DNA of 63,377 nucleotides, filler included, from Craspedostauros australis (Eukaryota), in NCBI GenBank assembly GCA_030167865.1. It is 7 parts of 7 records of this genome, joined end to end, with 100 filler letters (N's around TTAATTAATTAA, not from the genome) between each part and the next. Parts side by side here need not be neighbours in the genome. Positions count along the whole stretch, not along the records: positions 10,852 to 41,960 come from JALAGF010000320.1; 6 more parts are not named here. One strand, 5' to 3'. Positions 10,852 to 25,400 of the stretch are shown in pieces (position 1 is the first letter of the stretch; the number at the start of each line of letters is the position of its first letter). The notes under the pieces were generated by a model. The model was given only the letters and a program-made list of their open reading frames with translations, had not been told where the DNA came from and searched no databases. Made by a program: the position numbers and the translations under genes.

Positions 10852-11379
10852 CACTTCCGGAGTACCAATGCAACTCGACCATTCCGTCACGACGAAACGT
10901 CGCTGATGCTGCTTCACATCGTGCTGTGATTGGTGGCTCATGACGCAGCAGCCAGTCTAGTGACGTAGATGACGGATCAGACAGGCACAGGGTAGAATGG
11001 ATCCAAACGCGCACTCGCCGCTTCTCCCAAAACTCTACAACTAGCGCTATCGTGGACGGGGTGTTGGATGGTCTGATCGGAACACCTCAAAAAGAGACTA
11101 AACAATTCAAAATGNNNNNNNNNNNNNNNNNNNNNNNNNNNNNNNNNNNNNNNNNNNNNNNNNNNNNNNNNNNNNNNNNNNNNNNNNNNNNNNNNNNNNN
11201 NNNNNNNNNNNCATATCCATCGGTCCGTAAAACTTAAAATAGGATCTAACTCAAAAATGTAATGGTTAATTATTTGTATTAGACCTACAGGGATTACGAA
11301 TATGTGCTTGGTTTGGACAACGGAGACAAAAATCCAAGAGGTCTATTTCAAAGTGTTGGTCGACTCACTCGAGGGGCTC
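10852..11379. repeat. Interspersed repeat copy 2, identical to 1-528
   Basis: Direct sequence identity with 1-528. It begins the contig right after the linker. Confidence 0.85.
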
Positions 11380-13150
11380 ATACCACACATTCTCCTTTCC
11401 CTCGCACCCACACCGTACACACTACACACTTTATGTAGTGCGCGCCATGACGTGTAGCCGCTCTGTTTCTTGTTCGATTCGCAAGTTGAAACAGAACCAG
11501 ACATCCGACTCTCAGAAAGAGACAGACCGACGCGGGGGCTTGTTCGCAACGCTCATCATCATGTGCCCGAAGTCGAATGCAAACATACTCTGCCATGGCT
11601 CCGCTCTGGATGAACCAGAGAAGTGGAGCAGACACGAGAACCCACGCCACCACCACCACTACCACTACCACTCCTGCTACCACTGTTGTGTCCTACTCAT
11701 CGCGGAACAGCACAGCGTGTGCCAGACAATGGGTCGTACACACCGAAAGTTGCGACAGCAAAGTCGGAGCGACTGCTCCGGGGTGATGTGGTGCGATGCG
11801 ATGCGATGCCGGTTCTCTGCCCTTTGCGTTCCATTGTGGAGCACCATGCCTCTCGGTTTGCCGTGGCGCTAGTAAGAAAGAGCAAGGTGACGATTTCTCC
11901 ATGCGTATGCGTATGCGTCTGATTCTACTTCTGCCTTCTACTTCTACGTCTTCTACTTCCGCAGGTATAGTACTTCCCATTATTTATAGACACCGATCGT
12001 TCCTGAGCGAGAGGAGGTCTTCTGAAGCGCATGGCGTATCGCTCGTTGCTCCTAACCTGCGACAGTGTGTGGCGTTGATGTTTGCGATGAGCGATGGGTT
12101 GTGCTGGTGGAGATGATCATGACGCAGCAGACACCAACTTCCAGATGTCGCCCATCACGATTTTCTCATTTCATTCGTTCTGCTTATTTGCAGACTATTT
12201 CTTACTTACCGCATATCCTTCGACTTTGTTCGTTGCCGAAATGCAATTAGATCGCATTAGTCGGAATGAAATTGGTATCTTTCAATTCGTTGTAGTCCAC
12301 CAAGACTCCAAATACTCCGAGAAAAGGAATCGGAACAGACACAATATTCTAGAGTGTCCGTGTACTATGTTGTTTATTGGTTGCAACACAATCATCCATC
12401 GCTGTTGCCCGCCTCGAAGCAAAATGACTTCGGTTCACCAGAGACGACAGCGAGTGCACAATGTGAACAGAGTACGCATACGTAGTACGATTGTGGCGAC
12501 GATGCTCCTTCCCTCTTGCGGTCGGAAGAGCGGAGAGTCCATGTGGTTGATGGGGAAGTTGGGAAAGGAGCGAATGGATGGAGTCGTGGCAGCGCAAAAT
12601 GTGAGCAAGGTTGCGCGGCCGCTTGTGCGGTCACAAGGATGAACTCGAGAGGACAGTTCGAGGGAGGTGCGTACGATCCATGTGAAGTACTCCAATAGAT
12701 ACCCCTCTATCTATGTACGTCTGCCACGAAGCAAATGAATCAAAGCACCGTTCCATCCGCTGAGGTGCCTGAGAGGGACGGAATGCGCACTGGGCGGACA
12801 ATTGCGCCAAACCGCAATGCTGCGAACATGCAAGGCACAGCAGAATCGCAAATGCACCGCGCACGGGACCCAGAGTCTTCACGAGTGAAGCAAGAAGAAG
12901 GTTCTTCTCATCGCTTGGGAGTATCAACCGTATGTACCTTGAGAGTGTTCCTGAGCACGACCCATCGAGTGTGCTCTGGAAACACAAGCGCTCCATCATG
13001 CAACGCCATACCGTGCGATGCAAAGTAGCATACTGGCATGTTGGATGACGACGATGATGATGTGCGTAGGTACGAAGTTTAGTGGTGTGTTGTTCTATCA
13101 TTAGGAAAGTGTTCAAAATTTTAGAGATGGCATGTGTGCGTTGTTTCATG

Positions 13151-13153
<3 letters not shown>

Positions 13154-13185
<32 letters not shown>
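13154..13185. repeat. (CT)16 microsatellite
   Basis: Perfect dinucleotide run abutting the stop codon of the minus-strand gene at 13184. Confidence 0.95.
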
Positions 13186-13188
<3 letters not shown>

Positions 13189-14146
13189 CCATGGACATGC
13201 GCAGGAAGAGGCTGTCGACGGTGGCGTTGTCATCCGCGTCGCTGTCGCTGTCTTCGTCCTCGTTGCTGTTTGCATCAGCAGCAGCGTTTGCATGTGAGCT
13301 GTCGCCTTCGTCAGCCTCCTGCTCGTCATCATCATCATCGCAAGCGCATTGGGCGTTGAGCTCCTCAAGGACGCTGGAGTCGATGAGCGGCACAATCTGC
13401 GACGATCGTCGTCGGGTGCTGCGCCTGCCAGCACGCGATGGTGCATCCTCCACGCTGGGCCGCAAGTACAGGAAGGCGTCGTGCTGATCCTCCAGCGCTC
13501 TCTGCTGACAGTTGTGAATGTGCGTGGGCGGGATGGCCCGCTGGTAGGCGCGCGAGAGATGCACAGCGTCGTGGTTGGACGAGGACAGGACGGTGCAGTA
13601 CTCGTCGTGGTCGTCCTCGCTGGCCTTGCGCAACCGCGTCTGCTCCTTGAGGACGGCGTAGATGCTGGCCGTGCGCAGCTGACGGCGGAAGGCCAATTGG
13701 TTGGCGAGCTTGTGCTCGAGGCCGCGCACGCAGTAGTCCTGGTCGTCGCTGACGATGTCGATATCGACGCTCGAAGAGGACATGCGCTGTCGCTGCTTGA
13801 AGAGCTTGACCGTCATGCGGTTCCATGACTTCATGAACTGGAAGTCCGACTTGGTGTACCAGAGGTCGTTGGCGACGTCTCGTTCGTGCAGAGCGTGGCT
13901 GGCCTCGCGGTAGACGGTGCTGTGCAGGTCGAAGGCCACGCGCGCTTGTCGTCGCTTGTTGGGCTGCTGTTGCTGCTGCTGCTGTTCGTGGATGCAAGAC
14001 CACGACGATGATGATGAGAGGTTGGAGTGCGCCGTGTCGGCAGTCATGGAAGTGTGGGATGAATCGTCATCGCGCTGGCTCTGCTCCTGCTTCAGCGATG
14101 ATGGTTTCAGTGCTGATGGCCAAGTCGTGGTGCATCGGAATGTCAT
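13184..14146 (-). CDS. Diatom-type hypothetical protein, 'RVxF-WY-RGLE-VLxEQ' family
   Basis: ORF from ATG 14146 with motifs RVAFD, LWYTKSDF, CVRGLE, AVLKEQ, LSRAY, ALED. The same motif order occurs in 26256-27359. Confidence 0.75.
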
Positions 14147-15548
14147 CTTGTTGTCTTGTTTTAGTGATGGTTTGATGGTGGTAGTGTTGATCGTTTGCAA
14201 TGGCGGTTGTGGCTTGCTTGGTTTTTGTGAGAGGTTGGTGAAGCCAATTGAGTCGGGCTGAGTTGAGTTGTCGGAAGCGTTGCCAATCGCCTTTCTTGGC
14301 GACAGTCACTTTCTTTGAATCCTTCGCAGACACCACAGTGGCACGACGCTACGACAACCCACTCGAGAAGAACACGAACAACCTCGCAGAAGGGTCCCAA
14401 TCGTACGACACCACGCAGCACCTCGCAACGCCAGTCCACGTGATAACATCCTCACGCGAGCCAAGTACACCTTCGGCCGCGCTGCTGTGTTTTACCAGTT
14501 CCTTCTCTGGCCTGGATACTCCATTTGGGTTTCGCCAGAGTTCCGTCACGGCAGCATGTTTCGAAGACTGTCTTCTTTCCACCTCGCCATGGCGTTCGTC
14601 GCGGCGAGGTTTTGTTCTCTCTGCAGTCCATTCGAGTCTCTGCAGTCTTCGTGGTGGTGCGTTCTGGTTTGGCCGGTTCTGTGTGCATGATGGAAGCCAC
14701 ACAGAGAATGCTTGTGCGAGAACTTTTTGGGCAGTACCTCTGTGTGCGGGTGAGAGTTCCACATAAGCACGAATACGGCATAGTCTTGCAGACGGCTTCT
14801 ACGTTCTTGGTGATGTGATCCTCAACAACTCGTGTGACGCATAAATGTTGGTCGAAACAAGCGGAAGGGCCATGATCCGTGAGGCTTAGGATGGATCCAC
14901 GATCCCGTTTCGAAGTATCCCTACGAATAGAGCCCCGTGCCCTTCTCACTTCGTTGACATGTTTCCGATCCATGTTCTGTCACCTCCCAAGAACGATCGG
15001 CTTATACAGCTGTGGTACATCGGCAGCAAACCTCAACAACTATCTGCACGAATGGAACCATCGCAACAACAGATATGCACACTGTTGTACGTTGGCCTGA
15101 TTGAACAACACCACCCAAGTTCATGCATGTTCTCCACCACTTGTGTGCGCAACAGCCCAATCCGGTCATCAGTTCACGAGTTGCGCACAGGAAAACGTCA
15201 ATACGGACCAATGTTTCATACACAGAAAGCAATCAAACGCCACCATCGCACAATCCAAATGTCATCTCGGCGATGTTTGGTCGATGGTATCTTTGATCCA
15301 TGTGACTCGAACACAGACGAACAATCTGACTCAATCCCAAAGATACTCGGATGAGACAACACATCATCAGAACGCAAGACGACATCAATGATGGCGACAT
15401 CAATGACGACGACGATGGCATGGATCAGAACATGTCGACAACGATGAATGGATGCATGGGTGGGTGGATGCATTTGGTTGACATGCCCATGCCGTTGCTC
15501 ATAGTGCACAAACACTCCACAGATTTCATTATGCAATACATCGAACGA

Positions 15549-18162
15549 ATGAAGAAGATGGCGAAATCATCATCAGGCTCGGTCGCTGGCGCAAGCCGCC
15601 TCTGCTTCCTCGCATTGTTGCAACTGCAGATGCTGCTGTTGTTGATGTCACTGCTGACGACATCCTGCGATGGATTCGCGCGGTCCAACGCAGCGCGTGC
15701 TCAGCACGTCAACGATGCAAAGCAACGTACCCAGCTGTTCAGCACCGCAGGCAGCGCGACGAAGAACACCATCGGAAGCGTCGCGTTCCTCGTGCCATCG
15801 TCAGAGGAGACGGATTCGCCGTCCAAATTTGGGACGTTCTCGCCAGTGGACAACCCCACCAACTTTGACGCGGCGCGGCACCTGGCGCTCAAATGCACCT
15901 TCTTCTCCGATGATCAAGTCAGCAGCAGCATCCGTCGTGTTCCGATGCAGCAAGGCGATGCCAGCAGTTTGGTTGCACAGGATTGCGTCAATGCCGACGT
16001 CCTCATCGCGATGGGATTGAAGTCGGAGGACGAGCTCGCGTTCGCCCAACGCATCTTCGATCGCAGATCGTCTGCGCAGGAGGAAAACGAACGAGACTTG
16101 TTCGCCAAGCGCTGCCATTTCGCGTTGGACTGCAAGTCGTCGTCAACGCTGTCACCCAAGGTCGGACCATATCTGGAACAGAATCCGTCCTTGATGTCGT
16201 CGCTCTTCCCATGGACCGATGACGGCGCCGGCAAACGTTTCTGCGAACAGATGCGAGGCCTCTTCGATCGGTGGACCAGCGATGATTTTACGGTCGCCAT
16301 CATGCTCTTCTTCAACCGATTTTCGGGACACACCCTGGATTGGGTGCAGTACAGCGTCGACGCGACGTGGGAGAAGGGGCCGATCCGCAACGTGCAGGAA
16401 ATCGCCACCATGGTGGACAAGTGCGGCAACTGCATTACCAAGTGCCTGCAGGACGAGAATTGCCGCACCTGCATCGGAGCCTTGAATGCGCTCGACACGC
16501 GCGATCAGGCCACGTCGTACCGCACCATTGTGAGCTACGAAAGCGACCTGCTGCGCGATTTCAGCTTCTGCATCTTGCAAAAGAACAACGTCTTTGGTTG
16601 CAAGGCCACCATTCCCAAAATTCCGAAAGTCACACCGATGGCATCCTGGAGGCAGCAATCCATGACGACCGAGCTGGGCAGGAGCTTGCTGGTCGGCCAT
16701 CTCAAGGGCGAAGACATCGCGCCGGATGGTGGTCAAGGGTTGGATATTTCCTGGAAGGTAGCATGTGGAGCCAACGTCGCCTACGACCAGTTCCCATCGC
16801 AGAATCAGGTATGTGAGATTTGGTGCAGCAGCTGGCATCGTCATCATCAGCGGAATACTAGGCTGAGTATGCATGAAGATCGGTTTGATGCGATCGCATG
16901 CAGAACCAAGCGTTGGTATTTCCGCTCTGCTTTTTGTCTCTCCATTTCTGCGATTGCTGATATTGCTGATATTGCTGGGGTGCACAATGTACTTGCACGA
17001 TATGGCAGATGGAGTTAGTTAGTCACTCCTAACATTTGCCTCTCTCCACTCCTTTGCCCCCCGCGTTGCCACAACCTTTGGTGTCCGACTCTTCTCATAA
17101 AAATGCCTGCCGTGTGTATGTCATGATGCAATGCACGCACGTGCGATGTCTTGCATTGCATTACATTGCACGCCGGAAAACAACCGCTCCACCACTGTGG
17201 CCTCGGCAGATCTTTTACGAGTCTGCAAATGGCAAGGGCATGTGGTATGATCCAGTCTTTCGTGTGGAAACTCTGGATGGCCGTGATATTTGGTGCAAGC
17301 GGCACTACAAGGTCCGAGATGCCAAGGAACCCGGAACGTACTTCTTCTCTGTCCTGGACAACGGCGTTACAAGTGAGTCGTGGAATGCCCAGCAAGGCGT
17401 TGCGAATGCTTGATGACTTGCTTTGGTTGGTCGGCGAACTCGGTGTGCCCAGGGTAGGAGGCAAGCTTGTTCGAACGGCAAACCTTCAAACTCGGCCGAG
17501 CCTCACAATTTCATCTTCATCACCATCTCCTTTTCTTCTTCTTCTTCTTCTTCCTGATTGTGATTTCACCATAAACATCACCATCACTGAATTACCGCTT
17601 GGATCACGCAACAGGCAACGAGTTCTGGACTATCCTCGATGCTGCAGATGATTTGTCATGGATCCTCTTTCATTATGCGGGCGCTGCCACAGTCGTTGGT
17701 CAGGTAAGCATGGAGTTGCCTGCACACACTACACTTTGACGTTGAGCACCCCTTTGTCATGCCGAATACAACAATCTCACACCACCACAATACAACACAA
17801 CACACCGCGCTCGAACACACCAACACTGAATACAACCATTCTACTCGTATGGTATCAACATCGCGTCCTTGGTCCCGACACTTTCAACCCACTCTTTTGA
17901 ATGCACATCCCCTCCAACACACCGCCAACAGCGATACATTGGTGGCCTGCTGTGCACTCCCGATGGGTCGCTGCCAACAGAATCAGACCTTCCGAGAATT
18001 TGGAAGTCATTCCGCGACGCCGGAATCGAACCTTGGGAGCTGTTCGCCGTGAACAATGACGAGAATTCGCCGGGATATATCGCGGCAGGTGCCCCGCCTC
18101 TCGACTTTTACCGCAAGGACGTCATTGCATCGAAATTGGCCAAGAGCAACGCCGTGAGCTAA
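15549..18162 (+). CDS. VDR: Violaxanthin de-epoxidase-related protein (VDR), 4 exons: 15549-16808, 17210-17372, 17615-17703, 17932-18162
   Basis: Cys-rich VDE-family segment CGNCITKCLQDENCRTC...YESDLLRDFSFCILQKNN, then the lipocalin region WKVACGANVAYDQFPSQNQ|IFYE...SVLDNGVTS|NEFWTILDAADDLSWILFHYAGAA...GQ|RYIGGLLCTPDG. Three GT-AG introns restore one frame. The hydrophobic signal peptide ends CDG-F, resembling a diatom plastid presequence. Confidence 0.85.
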
Positions 18163-20755
18163 ATGAGGCGTAGAGAGAGAGAGAGAATGGCACTAGTTGT
18201 CCTCATGGCGCTCTCCAACTAATTCCAACTTCCCTCCAGTTGTTCTGATCGGGCCAGAGTTCATGCTGATCATGCGACATGACGTCCAGGCAGTCTCGAG
18301 AGTACCACAGAGTAGAGCACATAACACGGCCACTGTGCTGGAAGGAGCACATATGATTGTGGAATACTGCCCACCATCACTTTAGTCTGTCCGTCTCATA
18401 TTTCTGTCAGAATCTTGGGAATACTCAAAAAATGACAAAATCATTTGTTTGTTTAAATGGATGATTATTTTCATTATAGACTCAATGGACCACACGAAAA
18501 ATGGAAAAAGGAATCTTCAAGTCCAAACTCAAAAGTGATCATGTGTCGCAACCAGAAGAGAAGCAATGAAGAAAGGAACTCCTGGACTTCCCACTCGTAC
18601 CCAACCCTCTCACTTCCCCCAATCACATGATGAAGGTCGATGCCGTTTTTGGATCATCCTTGGAGCCAGTGCGTGACGTCTTGGATGGTTGGACAACGAG
18701 CGATCGTGTTCGTATTGGCATTTCTTGGGCGTTCGTCTCTTGTTCATTCGCAGGTTGTGGGCGTGTTTGTCGGTCGTGGGGTACAAGTACAAAGAGATTA
18801 GGTTGGAAAACACAATCTCTACTCCGCAAGTACTAATCACTTCAGGACGAAGTTCTCCAAATCTGCTTCTTGTTCCCTGGGATGGCAGATCGCGGGATCG
18901 ATCACAGAGAGAGCTGAGCTGTCACGAAGATGCACGCTGCGAGTAGAGAGAGAGAGAGAGACAGGCGTTGTTGACCCTCGCGTTCGTCTCTCTCTCTCTC
19001 TTTTGCTGCATTGCGCTCCAAAATTCCCTCCGCACATCATCACACCATCACAACACTGATGTTGCATTCGACACCAGCAACATTCCTGTGACCCTCCTTG
19101 ACCAGGGCAGTTAGTTGGCTGGTGGAGAGTTTCTCAAAACAATTGTCATCCCTTGGGCAACCAATCGAACTAGTAGTGTGACTGGCCTTTGCGAGAACAA
19201 TCTGCTCGTGCGGAGACGATACGATGGAGGAGTTCTCTGCTTTGCGAGAAAATGGCAGAAAGTTAGCGTCGGCATGCTACTGCGCTCCACTCTGTTACTT
19301 TCTATTGCTTGGACATCGTGAGCGCAGTAGTGCTGGAATGACTTCCATCGTCTCGGCAACGTCATCATCTGGATCATTTCGAAGTGAGGACATCTCTCTC
19401 TCTTTTCTCCTCCGTTTTTGGCTTGGCCTGTCGTGCGATCTGCTCTTTCGGAGGCTCGCCCAGCAGCGTGTTCATGAAGCATTTCTTGGAAAAGAATAGA
19501 CACGCCTCCGCATGGTATGTAGACAATGCCGCGCCAGCGCTTGAATTGGAGTTGATTGCTTGCGCCTGCTCGTAAACACCGTTGCGCTTCCCCCAGCACC
19601 ATCGCCGATGGCAGTGCTAACACCGATGCAAGCATTCAGACGCCAGAACGCAAAGACGAGCACGATACCGATCGATGACGACAATTTACTGGTTCAAACA
19701 CGCGCGGCGCAGCTTGTGGTAAATCTGGTCGCTCCCCTCTGTCTCTGTCTCTGTTGGGAACGATGCGGTCGAGCGTCCAAAAGCAACCGCGTCCTCCCAA
19801 GATCGAGTCGCAGGTTGACGTTGCCTCACGAACTGTGACAGGAGCAAAAAACTCAGTCGCCCTTGTTTTTAATGGCAGTGCGGTACCGGATGGGCTTCGA
19901 TTGTGTTCGTGCGTCCGTCTATCCATCCGTCCACTCCTTCGTGCACCTCTTGTTGTTACACGCTCACGGTAGCACGCCAGCCACAAGGTGACAACCTTTT
20001 ACGAACAGCAGTGACTGCATGAACACGGCACAAACGCAACCAATGCGACCATCCGGAGAGCTCCGAAATCGTTCGGAACTGTGGCTGTTGGCAACGTGCT
20101 TTGCGGGTGGTACAGAAGAATGGAGTGTTGCACAACACAGGAAACTGTGAATAATAACCGTGACTGATGTACGGGAAGTGTGTGCGATGAAATGCTTCGT
20201 TTCTCGCTTCTTCCACCGATTCTCTATCGTTATGTATAACGTTGTCATTGAGACCCAATGCGTGATAAGTTGGACGAAATAACAGGCGACAGACATATGT
20301 GGTTGCAGTCAACAGCACGAACGGAGGCTTCTTCGTCTCGTTCGCTCTGTACCGATTCACATTTGAAGTTGCGGAATCGACGACCAAGTTTTCATGTGAT
20401 GTATCCCGCGCAACGTTGCTGCTGAGTTAACAGGAGGAGGATCAAGCAGAAAGTGATGCGAGAGTCTCACCACACGGTGGCTGCCGCAACACTTTGGGTT
20501 GGTGCCTGTGGACGAGAAACGATGAACAGAAGTGTGGGATGGGCCACTCGTCCGCTCGCAAGCAACAGATCCAGGGCAAAAGTGGAGATGTGTCGAAGCT
20601 GTCTCGGTCTGCTCACAATTTTTGAAAGCAACAAACGCACAAGCGCATCAACGCACAAACGCAACGACACAAACAAATAGAAGTGCTCCACCCTCCCATA
20701 CCATACAATGCCATCACATTCTTCGCAAATTGACTGTCACAGCAGCATCTCCATC

Positions 20756-22497
20756 ATGAATAGAAACAAGCAGAACGCAGCCGATCACATCAGCCGCAAC
20801 AAGTGCGTGACGATCACGCAAGAGCCGACCTCCATCGTGCTGGACATCGCCGCTTTGATCGATGCCAGGAAGAACACACCGAAGACGTACAGAGGCGGGG
20901 CTCTCCAGTTCCCTTGGATGCTGCACAAACTCCTCGAGGAATCGGAGACGAACAACACCACGCACATCATCTCTTGGCTGCCGTGCGGACGAGTCTTCAA
21001 GGTCCATGACAAGGCATTGTTCCTGTCCGACATTCTTCCCAAATACGTGCGCCAGTCCAAGTACAAGAGCTTTGTGAGATCACTCAACCTCTGGGGATTC
21101 ACAACATGCCGCCAATGCTGCGGCAAAGAACGACGCGGAGCATGTAAGTTCACCCATCATCTTTCGCGGCATTTCGGAGCCGCGCTCTTGTACGCTTCCA
21201 TCGCCGGTTCCTGCCGACACATTTGCTCCCCCACCCCCCCCCCGTATTGTAATCCATTCTATGATAACTGTTGCTGACAAACACACACATGCTTCTCTCT
21301 CCCTCTCCTTCCATTATCATATCCGGCTTGTCTCCATTGTGATAAATCACGCAAACAGACTTCCATCCCAACTTCGTGCAAGGCAACCCCAAGCTGAGCC
21401 ATGAGATGGTCCGCATCAAGGTCAAGTCTCGTGTGAAGAGGGATTACAAGGCATGTGGCCTGTGCGACTTCGACAAGCACAGCGCCACCACCATCAGCAG
21501 CACCAATTCGGTGTGCTCTTCGCAAAGGAACGAGGCCGTCTCGTCTCCAGTCTCTCCGCCGCAGCCGCAGCCACAGAACATCACGGAAATCGCTATCACG
21601 ATACCACTGTGTGTGACTCCATTCCCAACCAACGATGTGTGCCAATCACCAGACTTCTCGTCCACCGCCCAGCACGAAGTGTTGTGCACCAGCTTGCTAC
21701 GCGCCTCGTCTATCTCATCGCTCACGATCGGATCCAAACCATACTGTCCCGCTGGGATGGAGGATGTTGCACAAACCCATTCCGAGTCAGAGGCGCACAA
21801 TGATATCGCGGATGGCAACCACACCAATTCAACCATCGTCACGGCTCCATCTCATGATGGGCACATGCCAAGGGAGATCACTATGCCACCGCCGGCACAG
21901 CCACAACCATCTGCTTCAGCTGCAATGACACCACCATTTGAATTCGTCACGCAGCACAAGACCACCATCAGCTCCTCCTCGTCGACTTCCTCGCTATCAT
22001 CGCTGTCGTCCAGATCATCAACACCGTCTACACCGTTGCCATCATCCAACGACTCCTTCGACAATGCTTGGAGTGATGCGCATGACGACGCCCACTTTGG
22101 AGGTTTCCCACAGCACCAGGACTTCACGCACCCACTCACCAACCAGCCCCCAGCCATGCAATTCCATGACACTATGCCGTTCTTGTCTGCCAAGTCTTAC
22201 ACAGAGATGGACGCATGCCAAACAGCGATGTCTTCTAGACCTGCGGATTTCTTTCCGTCGTCTGGCTTCGCAAACACTGACGCTCAGGCATCTGATTTGG
22301 ACGCAATGATCGAAGGCATTGCTGGCATGAGCTCCGACACAAATGCGTTCCAAAAGATGTTCAACAATGTGGCGCAGCTGGACGTTGACCGAGAGCAGGT
22401 GGTCGCAACTGACTACATGAACAACTTCGACTTCGAATTTGGCGCCGACGCCGAACCAACTCCGTTCGCCACCGACGTCCAGATCTCGCTGCTTTAA
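20756..22497 (+). CDS. HSF: Heat shock transcription factor (HSF DNA-binding domain), 2 exons: 20756-21143, 21359-22497
   Basis: FPWMLHKLL...IISWLPCGRVFKVHD...SKYKSFVRSLNLWGF. The GT-AG intron 21144-21358 joins to GAYFHPNFVQGNPKLSHEMVRIKVK, the diatom HSF pattern. The C-terminus is Ser/Pro-rich and acidic. Confidence 0.9.
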
Positions 22498-25400
22498 TCG
22501 CACCAACGAAATCAAATCACATCCGACCGAATACCCCAAAGGAGCCTTCTGTGGCCCTGAGTGAAACCAGGAGACCGCCGGATGGGCATCTACATCCTCA
22601 AACGGATGAGCGCAAGGATCCCCACAACCCTCCAAGTGTCACTATTTCCATTTAATCAATAGACCACATCAATACTTACACACACATGCGCAGTCAAATT
22701 CAATCAGGCTCTCTCTCTCTCTCTCCCTCTCCAGAGAGTACAAGTCCAGCCGCAATCACAATTGTCATTCGTTTGGTATCACACTTCCTCTCACACTTCC
22801 TCTCACACCTGGACATTTGCACACCCACCCACCCACAGATTCTGCTGCGCAATTACCCCTCCTCGGCCCAAACTCTGTTCGTAAAATCCCCAGGCAACAC
22901 CAACACCAGTCCTTTCGTTGTGTGATCGGGTACAACTGTGAATGTTGGTGAGGTACAAGTATGCGCGATTGTTGTATCCAAAAAAGCACAATACTTATGG
23001 TGTTGGCTCAGTTTCAGACACAATCACACTTCTTATTCGGGTCAGCTGTCCCGGTTCTCAAACGTGCCACTTTGTACAATGTGTGTCGCCCACTTGGGAC
23101 GTGGATAATGGTAGTGACGGTTCATATCCGTCTGTCTTGTGTACGGATGACAACATAGATGCTGTTCTTTGGTGATGTGCAGTCGTAGTTGAATGATAGA
23201 AGAGTAGAGGGATCTTGTTTCAACAGCAACAGTAACAACGTTAGCGGCGTCAGCCATCATGACGATCCTGCAATTGTCCTTGCGGGAGTGCTCTATGATC
23301 AGTGAGCACAAAGATTCCTGTCACCGTGTTCATGTGGTGCCAAACAGGATCCACAAGAGGACGAGAGGGTTTGGCACGAAGGAAACGAAAGGTAAAGTCC
23401 AGTGGACAATTCGAGAGGGCAACAAACGGGCAGCTCGCACATGACGGTGATCCTCGTACCCGGACCTCGCAAAATGCATCCTCTGCCGTCTCTGGCACGC
23501 GGACGCAATGACCTCATCATCAAAATCAGAATGACAACGACGCGCCACTGCTTTGCGGAGAACGTTCTGGGAGAAGTCGGGAACTGGGATGGAACGGCGT
23601 GGTTGAGTGAACGCGGGCTTCAATCTTTGTCCGATAGAGCCGACCGTTGGTGATGAGTTGAAAAGCACGCCGTTCACATCCATCCGTTTTGTCCATCAAC
23701 AAGGGATGGTGCAGAGCGATGGAGGAGTCGGCGCGAAACCTTCGCCTTTGAATTTGATGCCGGTCAGCCCGACCGGGGAGATATCTATGGATCTTTCTGG
23801 GCAAACAATTTGGGGAACAAGAGAAGAAAGATCAGATCGAAAAGGGCCAATGTTGGAACAACCAAGGGAGGAATGAAGGACGGAAGGTGGGCGATGCGAC
23901 ACAGAGAGACACCGAGGGTGGAGACCTGGCGCCCCAACACGTGGTTCTCGACACCACGGGCGCCCACGAGGTTTGGCGTTTGGGGATGTGTCTGTACCTC
24001 TTGTGGGCGGCCGAGGCGTCCACCATTGGACGATGTGAGCTCCCGCAGCTGCGGTCTTTGGCATTGATGGCATCACCGCGTGAGCTGATGCCATGCCTGG
24101 ACACACATGCCAATTCATGCTAGCGTTGACATTGCAACGGACCTGGTCAACGTTGTGACCCCAGTCAGCGCAGGCAGTCTGCGTCATAAATCCGAGTGGA
24201 GTACCGATGGGACTGTTTCTGATCAGGGCGTATCAAAGCATACATGCGCCAAACAGGACGGTCCACGAGAGTTCTTTTGTCGACGAACAGAGAACGGCGT
24301 ACACAAAAGTGTTGGACTCTAATCAGTTCCTGCCATGCTCGTATTCAGCAAGTGCGAGTACTCTCCACGATGTTGATGATGGTGGTTGGCTGCGATAGTC
24401 GTGCACAAAGGCTGAGGAGGTGTGGTACAACCTACCAGTTGGTGCATACTCCACATTAGTAGAGACGTCGCGATTCTATCCCCAGAGGTGAACGCACATG
24501 GCTGAGCACATAGCAAGGAGTATGGTCGTGCCCACGCTCTCAAACGGGGAGTCGCAGCGCTCTTACTGCGCTCTCGCTTGTGTTAGTCGTCTTGTTCATC
24601 CTCAGTCTCATGCAGATACATACGATCTATTCTATTCTATTATACTGGCTACCCGTAGTGGGATTCACAAACATCAACGCAACAGCACAGCAACAGCACA
24701 GCAACGCGTCAATTTACATAACACAAACCTGCTCTGCATGTCCACCGCACTCACTGCCAACAAGACATATTGCAGCTCGAAAGAGCTACGAGTACCACAC
24801 ACATCATCTATGGAATGGCATGCCACCATAAGTCCTCGCACAATGATGGCGTCTGCGGCTGAGATCGGGTTGATAGGACGAAGTGAGCTTTGGAATAAAC
24901 GGGTGCCAGTGCACAAACGATGGTATGGACTTCGGTTGCGTATCAATGGCATGCCAATGTCAATGTCAACACCCGCGAGACTTCAACCATCTTTCTGGAA
25001 TGAGGAAGCCTCCGTGAGAGTTGCTGTTGTTGTTGAGGTTCTTCTTGAGCCAAATCGTGGGGATGTCTTCGGCGCTTCAATGCTTGCCGTGATTGTTCGT
25101 TTTTGGGACGCGACATTGCGTTGTCGTTGGGGGGCGCGTTTGCATCATTTGCTGTCTGGTGTGGTAGTGGTTCCGCGCTCTGCGATGATCGTCCTTGTGT
25201 TGTTGCCTGAACATTTGTTGTCTACACCGCCTGCGCAATCTTTCGCCGTTTCGGTTGGAACCGAAACGCGCTGTTCATCACGATCACATCGCTCACGTTT
25301 TGTACCGAGAGATTTGTGAGCGGCGCCTTTGTGTGCCGATGGTGCGACATTTTGGTTTGTCACAGGCTATATGTTGTAGTCATCAATGTGGTTCTGCTTC

